Assembly (NCBI RefSeq): GCF_006345805.1
Contig: NC_043017.1
Coordinates: 24,242,001 to 24,306,000, forward strand
Length of the DNA stretch: 64,000 bases
Direction: 5' to 3'
From: Octopus sinensis
Taxonomy: Eukaryota
Of the stretch, positions 42,009 through 54,698 are shown piece after piece (position 1 is the stretch's first letter; each line of letters begins with the position of its first letter). The notes below the pieces were generated by a model, which was given only the letters and a program-made list of their open reading frames with translations, did not search any database and was not told where the DNA came from. A program made the translations under genes and the position numbers.

Positions 42009-42490
42009 CTGCAATCACAATCAATAAATTCCTTCATAAGCAACAACAGACTTAGTCAAAGTATGCAAAAACAGAGATAATGTTCGGGAGTGGGGGAGGG
42101 GGGGGTCCTGATTTTTTTTTTTTTTAAATATCAATGAAATACTCTGATCTATTGCATCAACTCATTCATTAAATATTTCACACTGAGGTCAACTAATTAC
42201 AATTCAACTCTGCCCTTTTCTGCTAGATTAAGAGTAATTAACAATACTTATCAATGAATAATTAATCTAGCTCATATGTTTCAAAGGTTTTGACTTGGTT
42301 TTCACAGGTGGACACCCTTCCACTTTACCAACCACTTTACAGAGGATACTGGATGCTTTTTTATAAAGGCACCAGAGGGGTTGCCAAGCCCTCAACAAGA
42401 CTAAAGGGTTCAATCAGAAAATGGATGTTAAAATCAGAAGAGTCGTTAGAGCATCTGACAAAATACCTTGTGGTATTTAGTGAAGTCTCT

Positions 42491-42887
42491 CTCTTTTACT
42501 CTTTTACTTGTTTCAGTCATTTGACAAAGGCCATGCTGGAGTACCGCCTTTAGTCGAGCAACTCGACCCCGGGACTTATTCTTTTGTAAGCCCAGTACTT
42601 ATTCTATCGGTCTCTTTTGTCAAACCACTAAGTAACAGGGACATAAACACACCAGCATCGGTTGTCAAGCAATGCTAGGGGGACAAACACAAACACACAC
42701 ACGCATATATATACATATATACGACGGGCTTCTTTCAGTTTCCGTCTACCAAATCCACTCACAAGGCTCTGGTCGGCCCGAGGCTATAGTAGAAGACACT
42801 TGCCCAAGGTGCCACGCAGTGGGACAGAACCCGGAACCATGTGGTTGGTAAGCAAGCTACTTAACACACAGCCACTCCTGTGCCTAT
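42491..42887 (-). mobile_element. SINE family A, full-length copy with TSD
   Basis: Flanked by the direct repeat AAGTCTCT. Confidence 0.9.
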
Positions 42888-43361
42888 AAGTCTCTTTATG
42901 TTTGTAATTAAAATTCCATACAGGTCAGCTTTACCTTTATGCTTTGTAAGATGTAGGTAAATATGTACAAGACTATGGTACTGAAGTAAATACAATCAAC
43001 TGATACCCTTTGAAGACAGTGTCCCTCCTTAAGTGCAGTCCAATGACAGAAACCAGTAAATGAACAATAATTTTATACTACAGGCACAGGGTCTGAAATT
43101 TGTGTGGGGAAGGCTAGTTGAGTGCATTGACCCCAATGTTCAATTGGTACTTATTTCATCGGTGAAAGGCAAAGTCAACCATGACAGAATTTGAGCTCAG
43201 AGTATAAAGCTAGAAGAAATGTCACTAAGTACTCGCCACCCTTTAAAGTAAATGAATAATGTGTGAGTGGAAAGAGAAAAAAACAGGAAAATAAAACAGA
43301 ACAAAACATGGAGAAAAAGGGTGTGTTAGTTGTTGATATGAAATAAGAAGGGTAAATTTAC

Positions 43362-43454
43362 CTGTGACACTGTCTACTAAAACCTGCCACTTGGGGAGTT
43401 CCTGTTCAAGGTGCCGAACTTCTCTTTTATTCCGCCGATCAGCAATATCCAGTT
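43362..43454 (-). CDS. MCRS1: MCRS1 coding exon 9 (E-LDIADRRNKREVRHLEQELPKWQVLVDSVT)
   Basis: ADRR.KRE.R.LEQEL.KWQVLVDS.T coiled-coil motif; acceptor tttcag; donor GTAAAT; 93 nt, phase 1-1. Confidence 0.96.
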
Positions 43455-43591
43455 CTGAAATAGGTCAGGGTTTCATTGTTACAAACAGGTAAGACTTGAC
43501 ACAGAGGTCAACACACATACACACCAAACAACACATTGCTATACGTGTGCATAATCTCTCTCTCACACACACAAGCCAATAAATACACATG

Positions 43592-43800
43592 CTCTTACTC
43601 TTTTACTTGTTTCAGTCATTTGACTGCGGCCATGCTGGAGCACCGCCTTTAGTCGAGCAAATCAACCCCAGGACTTATTCTTTGTAAGCCCAGTAATTAT
43701 TCTATCGGTCTCTTTTGCCGAACTGCTAAGTGACGGGGACGTAAACACACCAGCATTGGTTGTCAAGCAATGCTAGGGGGACAAACACACGCACACACAA

Positions 43801-43848
<48 letters not shown>

Positions 43849-44005
43849 CACGCTTCTTTCAGTTTCCGTCTACCAAATCCACTCACAAGGCATTGGTCGG
43901 CCCGAGGTTATAGCAGAAGACACTTGCCCAAGATGCCACGCAGTGGGACTGAACCCGGAACCATGTGGTTGGTTAGCAAGCTACTTACCATACAGCCACT
44001 CCTGC
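43592..44005 (-). mobile_element. SINE family A, full-length copy
   Basis: Reverse complement of family A. Confidence 0.9.
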
Positions 44006-44476
44006 ATGTACACACACACACACACACAGACATACACACACTGAGCTTGAGACAATCACACAGAGACAGAAGTAAACTGACAAACATACACAGGTAGACA
44101 TGACAGGCTCACGCAAACCTTAACCAACGTTCGATCACTTCCACTAAGATGCAGTTTACAATCCATTCTCTCCATACTCGATTTTTTTTTTACCCCTTAT
44201 ATACACCTCACCCATTTACAGACTTTCCATCAGTCTTCTAACACAAACACACACACACTTGAGGGAGTTCTGTTAATGGCTTGGTGGACACACATGGCTA
44301 AGCGAGAGAACAAGTCTCAGTGGAATAAGGATTAGAAAGACTGTGAAAACTGTATAGAGGAAGAAGGGACACCACCAGGGGTGACAGTTTGTTATTCAAC
44401 TCTCTGTTGTTAAAAAGTGTTATATACAGCAGGATCTGTAACTCACTGAGTCAGTAACACACACTTTAATAAACTA

Positions 44477-44857
44477 CTGTGTGAAAAGTCTGGCTGCATC
44501 CGAAAAAATATATATTATGAAACAAAAATAAACACAAAATTTATTACACGTATCTGTTACCACCACGACAGTCAACTATTTGATGCCGAACACGAGTTTG
44601 ATGTTGAATACATCCACGAATTTTCCGCTCAGATAGCTCTTCCCAAGACTGCAAGATGGCTTCGTGCAATTCATGCCTCGTTGTAGGGTTTTTCAGTTCA
44701 ACTTTATTGGCCAAAACTGAAGTTAATATTGATTCTGCTAATTCCACGTGTAAACATGTGTTGAACAGAACTCACTGAATAAATCTTAATTAACTGTGTT
44801 GTCAATTGTATGCACCTGACATATGCTAACGTGTATGCAGCCAAACTTTTCACACAG
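44477..44857 (-). mobile_element. Tc1-derived non-autonomous element
   Basis: 23-bp TIRs CTGTGTGAAAAGTYTGGCTGCAT with 1 mismatch; left TA. The interior encodes P.TRHELHEAILQSWEE...GG, a Tc1 C-terminus. Confidence 0.85.
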
Positions 44858-44922
44858 AGGATAGATTATCTTAACATTCAACTCATGTTACATTCATTTA
44901 TACAGGGCAACTGCAGTAATTA

Positions 44923-45334
44923 GGCACAGGAGTGGCTGTGTGGTAAGTAGCTTGCCTACCAACCACATGGTTCTGGGTTCAGTCCCACTGTGTGGCATCT
45001 TGGGCAAGTGTCTTCTGCTATAGCCTCGGGCCGACCAATGCCTTGTGAGTGGATTTGGTAGACGGAAACTGAAAGAAGCCTGTCGTATATATGTATAATA
45101 TGTATGTATGTATATGTTTGTGTGTCTGTGTTTGTCCCTCTAACATTGCTTGACAACCAATGCTGGTGTGTTTACGTCCCCGTCACTTAGCGGTTCGGCA
45201 AAAGAGACCAATAGAATAAGTACTGGGCTTACAAAGAATAAGTCCCGGGGTCAATTCGCTCGACTAAAGGTGGTGCTCCAGCATGGCCGCAGTCAAATGA
45301 CTGAAACAAGTAAAAAAGTAAAGAGTAAAAGAGT
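44923..45334 (+). mobile_element. SINE family A, full-length copy
   Basis: High identity to 63433-63820; (GTAAAAGA)n tail. Confidence 0.9.
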
Positions 45335-45536
45335 AATTCCCAACAAGATACGAGACATTTTGGTGCCTCATATTTGGCATCGCTGATTCCACATTGACTT
45401 ATCTGACATCAGACATTTTAACCCTTTTGATACCAATTCGTCTAACACTGAATTCGCCATTATTTTTGAAATTAACCGAAACAAAAGTAGTGAATTTCAA
45501 CAGAAATAGAGTAACAAAAAAAGGGTTAATCTTTAC

Positions 45537-45565
45537 CATGCTCCAGCACTTCATCTCTTGGGTCC
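45537..45565 (-). CDS. MCRS1: MCRS1 coding exon 8, 29-nt microexon (Q-DPRDEVLEH)
   Basis: Required to join the phase-2 end of exon 7 to the phase-1 start of exon 9. Matches D.RDEVLEHE; acceptor ctcttctaattgcag; donor G|GTAAAG. Confidence 0.92.
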
Positions 45566-46016
45566 CTGCAATTAGAAGAGATATCCAGTTTGAATGATTT
45601 ATTCATAAAAGAAACATTGCATGTAAGGTTTATAATGTGGTGAATTAAAAACCACAAATCTCACAACAGTTGTTATTTTGTGCCCCTGTGCAAGGCACCT
45701 AATTCCGCATGCTCCAGTTGTTCTGACTGGAGAGAAAGGAAAATGGGTTTCACTCCTTACTTCATGGTTGGATGGTGAGAATTACTTGAAGAAACCCTCG
45801 CCCGTACCAAAAGAAAAAAGAAGAAAAAAAAGGAAAATGCAAAAACAAAAATGTAGAAAAATGTCATCACATCAACATTATTTTTTGTATGCTTTCCATG
45901 CTTGCATCTGTTGGATGGCTTGACAGGAACTGGCCAGCTGGGGAGCTGACTAGGTTCCAATGGTTTATATGGTGAGATGCCCTTCCTAACACCAACCACT
46001 TCACAGAATGTACTGG

Positions 46017-46322
46017 CTGCTTTTCATGTGACACAGCATGAGTGCTTTTAATGTGGCACTTCCACAAGTGCTCCCAAAGTGGAACTGGCATGAGTGCCTT
46101 TAACGTGGCACTGGCAGAAGTGCACCAAATGTGGAATGGGCACAAGTGCTTCTAACATGCTCCTGGTACAAGTGCTTTTAATGTAGTACTGGCATGAGAG
46201 CTCTTCACTAGCACAAGTGCATTCCTATGCAGTACTGGTAAGGGTGCTTTTCTATGTGGCCCCACCACAGGTGCTTTTCACTGTGACCCTGAAATGGATG
46301 CTTTTTACGTGGTACCAGCACT
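46017..46322. repeat. 26-bp minisatellite, ~12 copies, attached to a family C repeat
   Basis: Unit approximately GTGCTTTTAATGTGGCACTGGCACAA. Confidence 0.8.
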
Positions 46323-46600
46323 CATGAGCCTGTGAGGCAAAATTGATAGAAGAAAGGGATGAAGTTATCATCAGATTAGAGAACTGACCCAAACGTTTGC
46401 AACAGAACTGTGTCCACTAAAAGTACACAAGAATCAGGAGGAAGCATTAAACCAATACATTCAGTCTATCAATCACCCAGGTGTTATACTAGAGGTTCTC
46501 AACAAGGACAGTACTGCCCACAAGGGGACACTGCACATGTAGAAGAAGGAGAGTATTGTAGTTCACTTGAAGCATTGTGTATTGTTTATAAAATATAACG

Positions 46601-47224
46601 TGTCTTGAATGGCACAACAATACAGAGTAGACTATAATAACTGTTATAATTTAATTATTCTTAGTCTGATATAATAATGATGTTTTGGAATACAAAAATT
46701 CCTTCTCCAGATATCGCTAGGAATTGATAGAGTGACTGCTAATATCTTTAGGAAGCATATGGTGTGGGTCACCTTGTCCTCTGTCCTGCTGCTTTGCTCT
46801 GGATGTGTGCAAGTTCATTTCTGGTGTATGCTATTTTGCCACAGAGTGGATGGCCTGAACTGTACTGAACAAACACTGGATCCCTATTGCTACTCGACTT
46901 CCAACTGAAAATAATGGAAGAAGGAGAGATCTACACCGAGTTCTATAAGAAAGCAGCCAGTAGAGATTTGTTCAGTACAGTTCAGCCCTTCGACTTGGTG
47001 CCAAAATAGGATACGCCAGAAATGAACTTGCACGTATCCAGAGCAAGTGCAGCAGGACAGAGGACGAGGTGACCCACACCACACGCTTCCTAAAGATATT
47101 AGCAGTGACTCGATCAATTCCTAGCGATATCTGAAGAAGAAATTTTTGCATTACATTAGACTATGGATAATTAAATTACAACAGCTATTATAGTCCACTC
47201 TGCATTGTTCTGCCATTCAAGACA
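46601..47224. mobile_element. 624-bp palindrome, probably an inverted-duplicated Penelope-like element remnant
   Basis: Arms 46601-46873 and 46967-47224. The + strand reads LLDFQLKIMEEGEIYTEFYKKAASRDLF/VQYSSALRLGAKIGYARNE (with a frameshift), resembling the Penelope RT C-terminal region. Degenerate hammerhead core in each arm. Confidence 0.6.
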
Positions 47225-47809
47225 TCATCATCATTGTTTAACGTTTGCTTTCCATAACCAGCATGACTCTCTGGAATTTAGCCCCTATAAATCACATATT
47301 ACTATTGCTTTAGATTAAAGTTAAGTGCAGGTTAAACCAGCAAGACTTATAGCATCCTCAATTCTTTCATTTGGGATTAGAAAGAATGCACAGAATATTA
47401 AAAATGAGAGTTTGGTGCAAACATATGGGGATTCCTACGATATATGTCCATATGTTAAGCAGTGTTTATAGACAGCAGGCTTTCTCACTAATCACCTCAT
47501 ATTCAGTCAATAATGAATGATACATTTAGCTTTTAGTTGTAGATGTTGGTGTGAAATTTCCATTCAGTCTGCATGCAGACAGGTACCAAGGAAATATTGA
47601 TTTCTTTTGGTACAAGAGAAATCAAGCCCGAGCCAACAAATACATTAATGGTAAACATTTGGCTAAGCAAAGTCAGATTTTGACTGTCAGAATGGAGAGG
47701 ACCAAAGCTTGAGGCAGTGAAATATCTAGTCTGGTGCTCTCTTGTTCTATCCATCTATATAGCTTTAACTCTCTAAGGAATATAGCATAGAAAGAAAAGA
47801 ATAACTTAC

Positions 47810-47885
47810 TGTAGAGCATCATCATCCATCATATCTTCGACGTCAGAGAAATTTAAAACGTGGTCTCCTCGTGGCATAGGCTGAA
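47810..47885 (-). CDS. MCRS1: MCRS1 coding exon 7 (VQPMPRGDHVLNFSDVEDMMDDDAL)
   Basis: VQP.P.GD.VLNFSD.ED motif; acceptor ttccttctatag; donor GTAAGT; 76 nt. Confidence 0.95.
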
Positions 47886-48935
47886 CTATAGAAGGAAATA
47901 AAAACACCCATCAATAAGTGTATGTGTGCGTGTGTGTGTACAGAATGTATGCATGTTATAAATGTATATGCTACTTGTTGTATGTTCTAACCAGCCATAT
48001 CCAGCCCATCGCACCCACCTTTCAATGCCATTCTAGAAATATGCAATCACATCATCAAAATTTTGAAGCTACAAGGTAATACATGATTAATTAAAAACAA
48101 TGTGAGGGAAAAAGCATTACATTTGAGGGAATAATCATGATCATCACCAATGTTTAACGCCCATCTTCCATGCATACATGGCTAGGATGGATAATAGGAG
48201 CCAGCCAAGTAGATAAACTACCCTAGACTACTGTGTCTGTTTTGGCAGGGATTTTACAGCTGGATGCCCTTCCTACCACCAACCACTCCACAGAGTGGAC
48301 TCAGTGCTTTTACCTGGCACTAGTACAGGTGAGGTTAGTTTTGGTATGATTTTTACAGCTGGATGCCCTTCCAAATGCCAACCACGTTACAGTGTGGACT
48401 AAGTGCTTTTAACATGGCACCTGTACTGGCAGGGTCACCGAGTAACTCACAAGACAAGGAATTATGAGAGGGGAAGGGCATTTGAGGAGGGGAACTTGTG
48501 TCAGAAGATGAAAGGTAGGTGTGTGAGACAGAGATAGAGACAGAAGTAGGTGTCTTGTCACAACAGAGGGGGCATTAGGGGAGGTGATTCAGTGTGAAAT
48601 GATGAAAGGTTACAATGTAACAGAGAGGCAGAAATAGGTGCCTTGCTATAGAGGAAGTACATGGTTACCCAGTGAGAGAGAGAGAGAAAATCTGAATGCT
48701 AAAGGGTTTAAAACCATTTATTAGTAAGAGGATTTCAAGACCAAGTCTTCAGTGACATAACAGAACCAATAAAATTAATTACAAGACAAATAAAAGAAAC
48801 ATTTCAAGATTACAAGAGCTGTACGCAAATAATGTTGAGTACATCGAAAACAATAATTTAGAAGTAAAAATATTTAAAGGAAAAAAATACTATTTTGGCA
48901 GCAGTTTGTTGATATAATTAAAGAAAGCAATTTAC

Positions 48936-49074
48936 CTGATTGATCTGGTAATAAGTGATACTGTTTCATCAAAACCCAATGATTCTGTAAACCTTTTGCG
49001 ATCCGAGAAGAGTGAAATACATCTCGGTATTTACTAAGTAGGTCCTGAAAAATCTCTAAAGTTGGTTGACTCGT
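48936..49074 (-). CDS. MCRS1: MCRS1 coding exon 6 (TSQPTLEIFQDLLSKYRDVFHSSRIAKGLQNHWVLMKQYHLLPDQS)
   Basis: SQPTLE.FQDLL...HW.LMKQY.LL.DQ motif; acceptor ttctttctccag; donor GTAAAT; 139 nt, phase 1. Confidence 0.96.
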
Positions 49075-49689
49075 CTGGAGAAAGAAAGGAAGATAAATTT
49101 TACCATGATGGAAATCACGACAAACGATAATTACAACAATTAGTTTTTGCCTTTTTTTAACGGTTTGCAATTATTTTTTTATTAACATAGATTGAATCAC
49201 AATTTAATTACAAGGAAACAAAGAAAAGGAAAACTAAAGGCTTGGGAGGGGACTGAGCAGCAGATGTGGGGGAAGGAGCACACCCCAGAACAAATGGTGT
49301 GTTCAGCCACACCTTGTAGACATGACTGAGATAGTGTTGCCATGGAGAATGGCCAGTGACACTCACTGCAACAGCTGCCCTACCCTGTGGGGCTCATTTC
49401 TCAAATAATTGTTTCTAACATAAGCATAAGGCCAGCAATTTTGAAAGGGTCAATGCCACCAACCCCAGTATGTGACTGGTATCTAATTTTATTGACCATG
49501 GGGAAATGAAAGATAAAAGTCAAATGCAAAGAGATGGAGTAAATACGACAAAGTATTTTCCAATCATCTAACGATTCTACCATTTCATTAGGTACAAAGC
49601 TAATTGTTTTTTTTTTTTATCAAGGCATGAATGTTGGGTAATGACTGAAAGAGTACAATTGCTAATACAAGTGAGTAGAATAGGATTCC

Positions 49690-49920
49690 CCTGGAGGGTC
49701 TCTGGAGTAATGCTACTTGACTCGGTTTATAGCTGAGAGTCAGGGAGTACCTCCACGTTGAGCTGCTATTTTGCATTGAAAGGTTACAGCTCTGGTACTA
49801 AGGGCATATCATTAGAATGTTGCAGGGAAGAATTGCAAGCTGAATAAACCACCAGGGGACCTAGTGGTAGACCAAGAATGAGAGGACAGGATAATATCCA
49901 TACACTCAGTTGGTCACTAG
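49690..49920 (+). mobile_element. RTE (Expander-like) LINE C-terminal fragment
   Basis: L.VE.L..IERLQL...GHIIRM and GRPRMR..DNI motifs; degenerate. Confidence 0.55.
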
Positions 49921-49979
49921 TGTGGAAGTCTAATGAAGGTTACTTCTGATACTTCTGACTCCGTGCCATTGTAACTTAC

Positions 49980-50088
49980 CGAGGTTACTTTGCCTAAAAG
50001 AGTCTCTTCTCCTTTACTAAATAGTGTCTTTGACTGAATGTTAGCAATTACATCTGGATGAAGTTGTTTCATTGCCGTTACAGCTAAT
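49980..50088 (-). CDS. MCRS1: MCRS1 coding exon 5 (K-LAVTAMKQLHPDVIANIQSKTLFSKGEETLLGKVTS)
   Basis: AM.QLHP..IA.IQSK.LFSK.EE motif; AG acceptor and GTAAGT donor; 109 nt restores the frame. Confidence 0.96.
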
Positions 50089-51719
50089 CTGTGGAATAGA
50101 AAATAAAAAGACACACATCACAACCTATATTACACCAGCTGGGCCCTGTGCCGTCAAAAGTGATGGCTAATTGTAGTATTTTATATATAAATAAGGTACA
50201 AAACCAAGTTTTTAGTTTCATATTTCTTTTATTACCAAATTTTTGTGAAAAATCTATCCGCAACTAAAATCCTTTGACTGCTTGTTTCCTTCAAAAGGAT
50301 TTTAAAGTTTTCCTTCCTTCTTGTCTGACTTAAGGCCACATAAAGCTGGCCGTGACTAAATACAAGGGATGGCAAGTAAATACCAAATACACAGAGTTGA
50401 AACGCTGTTTGATTTTTCTTTTCAGCGTTGAATGCTTACCATCCCACTTCCATCACACACACAAACATTCACATGCCTCCCTTTTACATACACACACAGA
50501 GTTGAAATGCTGTTTGATTTTCTTTTTTCACCCTAGAATTTCCATCATCCCACTACCAAGTTTGTCATCACCCCTGAGATATTTAAATATGGTCAAATGG
50601 CAATTATTTGTGTTTTGAGTGCTATTACTACAACAGTCGCAATTTTGACTTTATCATATAACCATGGGGTTTCAGTTTCAAATACAATGTAAATGAGATA
50701 CTCAGTATTGGGGGAAGGGAAGCAAGTGTGCCTTGGCTCTTTTATACCAACTCGCCGGAGACCACCCCTTTAGTTCCAAGGCACAAATTTCCTGTTTAAA
50801 AGGGATCGAAATTAAGGACCTTCTAGCAAAATTTATGTTCCAAACACCAGTTTAATAATGCCAAAATTATTTTACAAAATTCTTCATTATTTTCAAAATT
50901 AATTGCAACAAAGGCAATGTATTTCAGCAAAAGGCTTAAAACATTGTTTTTTGGTATTATTACTTATCTAAGGTTTATTATGTATATACAACTGTAATCA
51001 TCTATGTATCAGTTTTAATAAAATCATAGTTTTTCATTTGACTCTTTACCCGACCAAAGCTTCTTCATAAGTTTATCCTAAGCATCCATGTTTGTTTTCA
51101 GACTTTTAGTTAGCCCTAGTTTCATTGCATGCTGGGTAATATAAAGCTTTCCTTTCTTAAGTCACAAGTTACTCCAATGATTATAAAAAATTAATAATGT
51201 GCATCATACATGGTGCATGGATATCAAGGAAATATGTCCTGTGTATCACATAAGATATACTGGACACATTTTCCTAATATCCATGTGTCTGGTATGATAT
51301 ACCGGACATATCACATATGATATACTGGACACAAGACAGACGAAGGGTTGGTGAAATTTTTAAGATATGTATTTTTAGTGTCAGGTTTTAATATTTGATA
51401 ACATCAACAAATCTATGTACCACTTTGAAATTTTGTTCAAAACAAAACAAAGTATTACTGTTTTTTGGTATTATTGGTGCCTATATTATTTCTGCCTTTA
51501 AGTAATATTCTCCATTTATTGATGTGGAAATCTGTATTTCAACTTCCCAGATATTTGTAACTGTCTGGTCCAAAAGTCCTGTTATTTTTCTTTAATTTGG
51601 TGTTTGTCTAATTGCCAAGATCAAAGAGATTTCTACTGTATTGATTTTTCAATGAAAATAAATCAATGCTTGAAAAACACAAATATATATGAAAGATAAT
51701 GAGTGAAACTGGTACTTAC

Positions 51720-51829
51720 TTTGAAATAATTGGGTCGTAAAGAAGAGCGTACCACCTTTCTTGAATTTCTTTCAAATTGAATTTACAGGAAAATTTAATA
51801 CCGACGTGAACAGAAGGTAAATCGTTGGT
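51720..51829 (-). CDS. MCRS1: MCRS1 coding exon 4 (TNDLPSVHVGIKFSCKFNLKEIQERWYALLYDPIIS)
   Basis: Closely matches MCRS1 TNDL..VH.G.KFSC.F.L.E.QERWYALLYDP; acceptor tttcag; donor GTAAGT; 110 nt, ends in phase 2. Confidence 0.97.
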
Positions 51830-51959
51830 CTGAAACACAGTGTAACAGTTGTTATTATGGAATTAGAAAAGAGTGGTGAGCAGGCAGAATCATTAGCATC
51901 ATCATTATCATCACTTAATGTCCATTGTGCATGCTGACATTGGTTGGATGGTATGACTA

Positions 51960-52190
51960 GGCGGCGAGCTGGCAGAAACGTTAGCACGCCGGGTGAAATG
52001 CGTAGCCATATTTCGTCTGCTGTTGTGACCTGAGTTCAAATTCTGCAAGGTCGACTTTGCCTTTCATCCTTTTGGGGTCAATAAATTAAGTACCAGTTAC
52101 GCACTGGAGTCGATATAATCGACTTAATCCGTCTGTCTGTCCTTGTTTGTCCTCTCTGTGTTTAGCCCCTTGTGGGTAGTAAAGAAATAG
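51960..52190 (+). mobile_element. SINE family B (GGCGAGCTGGCAGAAACG...CTTTCATCCTTT.GGGGTC.ATAAATTAAGTACCAG)
   Basis: Copies at about 100-540 (two), 1375-1502, 26660-26870, 36915-37120, 39900-40100, 43075-43240, 52390-52570 and 57400-57630. Confidence 0.85.
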
Positions 52191-54184
52191 GTATGACTAG
52201 AGATGGTAAACTGGGGGTGGGGGACATCAGACTCCAGTTTGATTTGACATGGTTTCTACAGCTGGATTCCCTTCCTAATGCCAACCACTTTATAGTGTGG
52301 GATGCTTTTACATGGCACCACACGGGTGCTTTTATGTGACACCGGACAGACGCCTTTATGTGACGCCACATGGACAAAATGCTTAGGAGCATTTCTTATT
52401 TCTTTATTGCCCACAAGGGGGCTAAACATAGAGGGGACAAACAAGGACAGACAAAGAAATTAAGTCGATTACATTGACCCCAGTACATAACTGGTACTTA
52501 ATTTATCGACCCTGAAAGGATAAAAAACCAAATTTGACCTCGGTGGAATTTCAACTCAGAAAATAACAGCAGACATTTGATTGAGACTGACTTTTTTGAT
52601 TTAAAGAAACTAACTATATTGACTGATACTGACATTTGACTGAGATATTGACTAATACATGACAAATCACTTTATTTCTGTGCCATCAAAGAAGCCTCTC
52701 TGTGGTCACTGAGCCTGTAGAAACTTGCAGCCAAATCTCCCATCACACCACAACATCTTAAATAAACAAAGGACACGTTGGTTAATAGAGTCCAAGATAC
52801 TTCTAAAATGGTGAGATGGTCATGGCTAGAATGCTTTTGATCATGGGCCAACTCAATCAATGTTGACTGGAATTGCACAACAATGACACTTTGTTTTGCT
52901 TACCAGTGTCATTCCTTCACGGCTGGTCATTGCAAATGTAACCAATATTAACAAAACCATCAGCAAGAAAAATTATTCTAAAAAAAAAAAAAGTTCGTCT
53001 TTCTAGAAAGAAATCTAATTTATAATCAACAGTGACAGAACCAGTATTAACACCAAAAAGCAATATTTATCCCCACCCGAAAGTGGATGCTGTGTTATTT
53101 ACCACGAGAGAGATTCTCATATGAATTTGTGGTGCATATAAGCACTCGTGTTTACATTACTAGCAAGAGAGAATCACCTGCCATCACTGCCAAGCCTACC
53201 AGATCACGTGGTATCAGCCTTCCTTGACCTTGTCAGTGGTAGACACCCGAAAGCTAAAGATAGCAATGTAAATAGAATCTCAATGCCTGATTAGGCACTG
53301 GAGTCGTAAATAGCCAGTGGGCTTATTAAAAAATAATTAACTGTGACAGAAGCAATATTAATACTACAACAATCACTTTTAACTCTTTTATTCTGTGAAG
53401 CATGCTTATTTATTCAAATTGGTTTGAATTAATCATGCATTACCTCACTGCTTCTAAATCTCAATTGTGTGATTGTATATCTTTAGAATGACATTTTATG
53501 GTAGGTGTGAGAGGCTGAATTTGGTCAGTTTGAACGTAAAACACGTGGAATATTTAGGTCTAATATGACCAGTTTAAATGCTAAAAGACTAAATGGAGAT
53601 AAATCTATTTTGATTTTGCTTGATTTCAATCTAATCCAATGGACTTCATGTTTTTATATTTCTAACCTTTCACTAGTAAAACATTTAATGTTGACAGCAG
53701 ATGAAAAAACATGGTTGTTTTTACGAAATTGCTTGGTTAGCTAGAAGACAACGAGAAATTTTGAAGGAAATTTAATATTTATAAATGGTAAATGACACAA
53801 ACATAGAAAACAAAGCTGTTTGTGGGTCAACTTAGCAACAACCCGGTATTAATTCCCAGTTGTAATTATTTTGGCTATCGTATTTCTATTATATGTCACT
53901 AATGCTCTTGGGAAATGCATGAATGTCACAATTTCCATTAAATCATTAATAACTCCCAATGCTTCAAATACTGCACACTTGTGGGAAGAAAATAACAAAA
54001 TTCAATGCCTCGGTGAGCTTTGCGGATCTGGTGTGGGCATGTGGTTAAGAAGCTTGCTTCCTAATCATGCAATCCTGAGTTCAGTCCCATGTGGTACCTT
54101 GGGTAAGCGTCTTCTATAGCTCCAGGCCAACCAAAGCCTTCTGAGTTGATTTGGGAGGTAGATACTGTGTGGAAATGTGAGTGA

Positions 54185-54226
<42 letters not shown>

Positions 54227-54605
54227 ATGTTTGTGGCTGTGTACGAGTGCGTGCAAGTGTGTTTGTCCCCTTGTCTTAACACCACATGATGGTTGTAAAA
54301 ATGAGTGTCACAATTATACATGCTTGGCCATAGAGAAATAGTACCTTGCTTGGAAGCAAGTGAGTGTCTGCAACAGGAAGAGCACCCAGTTGTAGAAAAT
54401 CTGCCTCAATAAATCCAATCTAATCCATGCAAGCATGGAAAAGTGGACATTAAAACAACCATGATGATGGTGGTGATGATGATTATGACCTGGTGAAATA
54501 CGAGAACTGGAGAGGAAAAAAAAACACTGACAGGACTAAAGCCCCTGTTTGTGTGTTAGTCATGGTTGTGTGTTAGCATGACTAAATAAGCATAAAGTAA
54601 CTCAC

Positions 54606-54698
54606 CTGTTGGACAGCGGTAATCAAAGCTAAGTCATCTTGTGGTTTCCATCGTCCTAAATCCTTGGTGGAAGCTGTAACTGGTGTTGGTGTAACATC
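54606..54698 (-). CDS. MCRS1: MCRS1 coding exon 3 (DVTPTPVTASTKDLGRWKPQDDLALITAVQQ)
   Basis: TKDLGRWKPxDDL motif; acceptor cttcttctccccag; donor CAG|GTGAG; 93 nt. Confidence 0.95.

Noticed and set aside
51216-51285. 32-bp imperfect hairpin as a pre-miRNA or ribozyme
   Set aside because: It is part of a short GATATACYGGACA repeat patch, has no hammerhead core, and there is no expression evidence.
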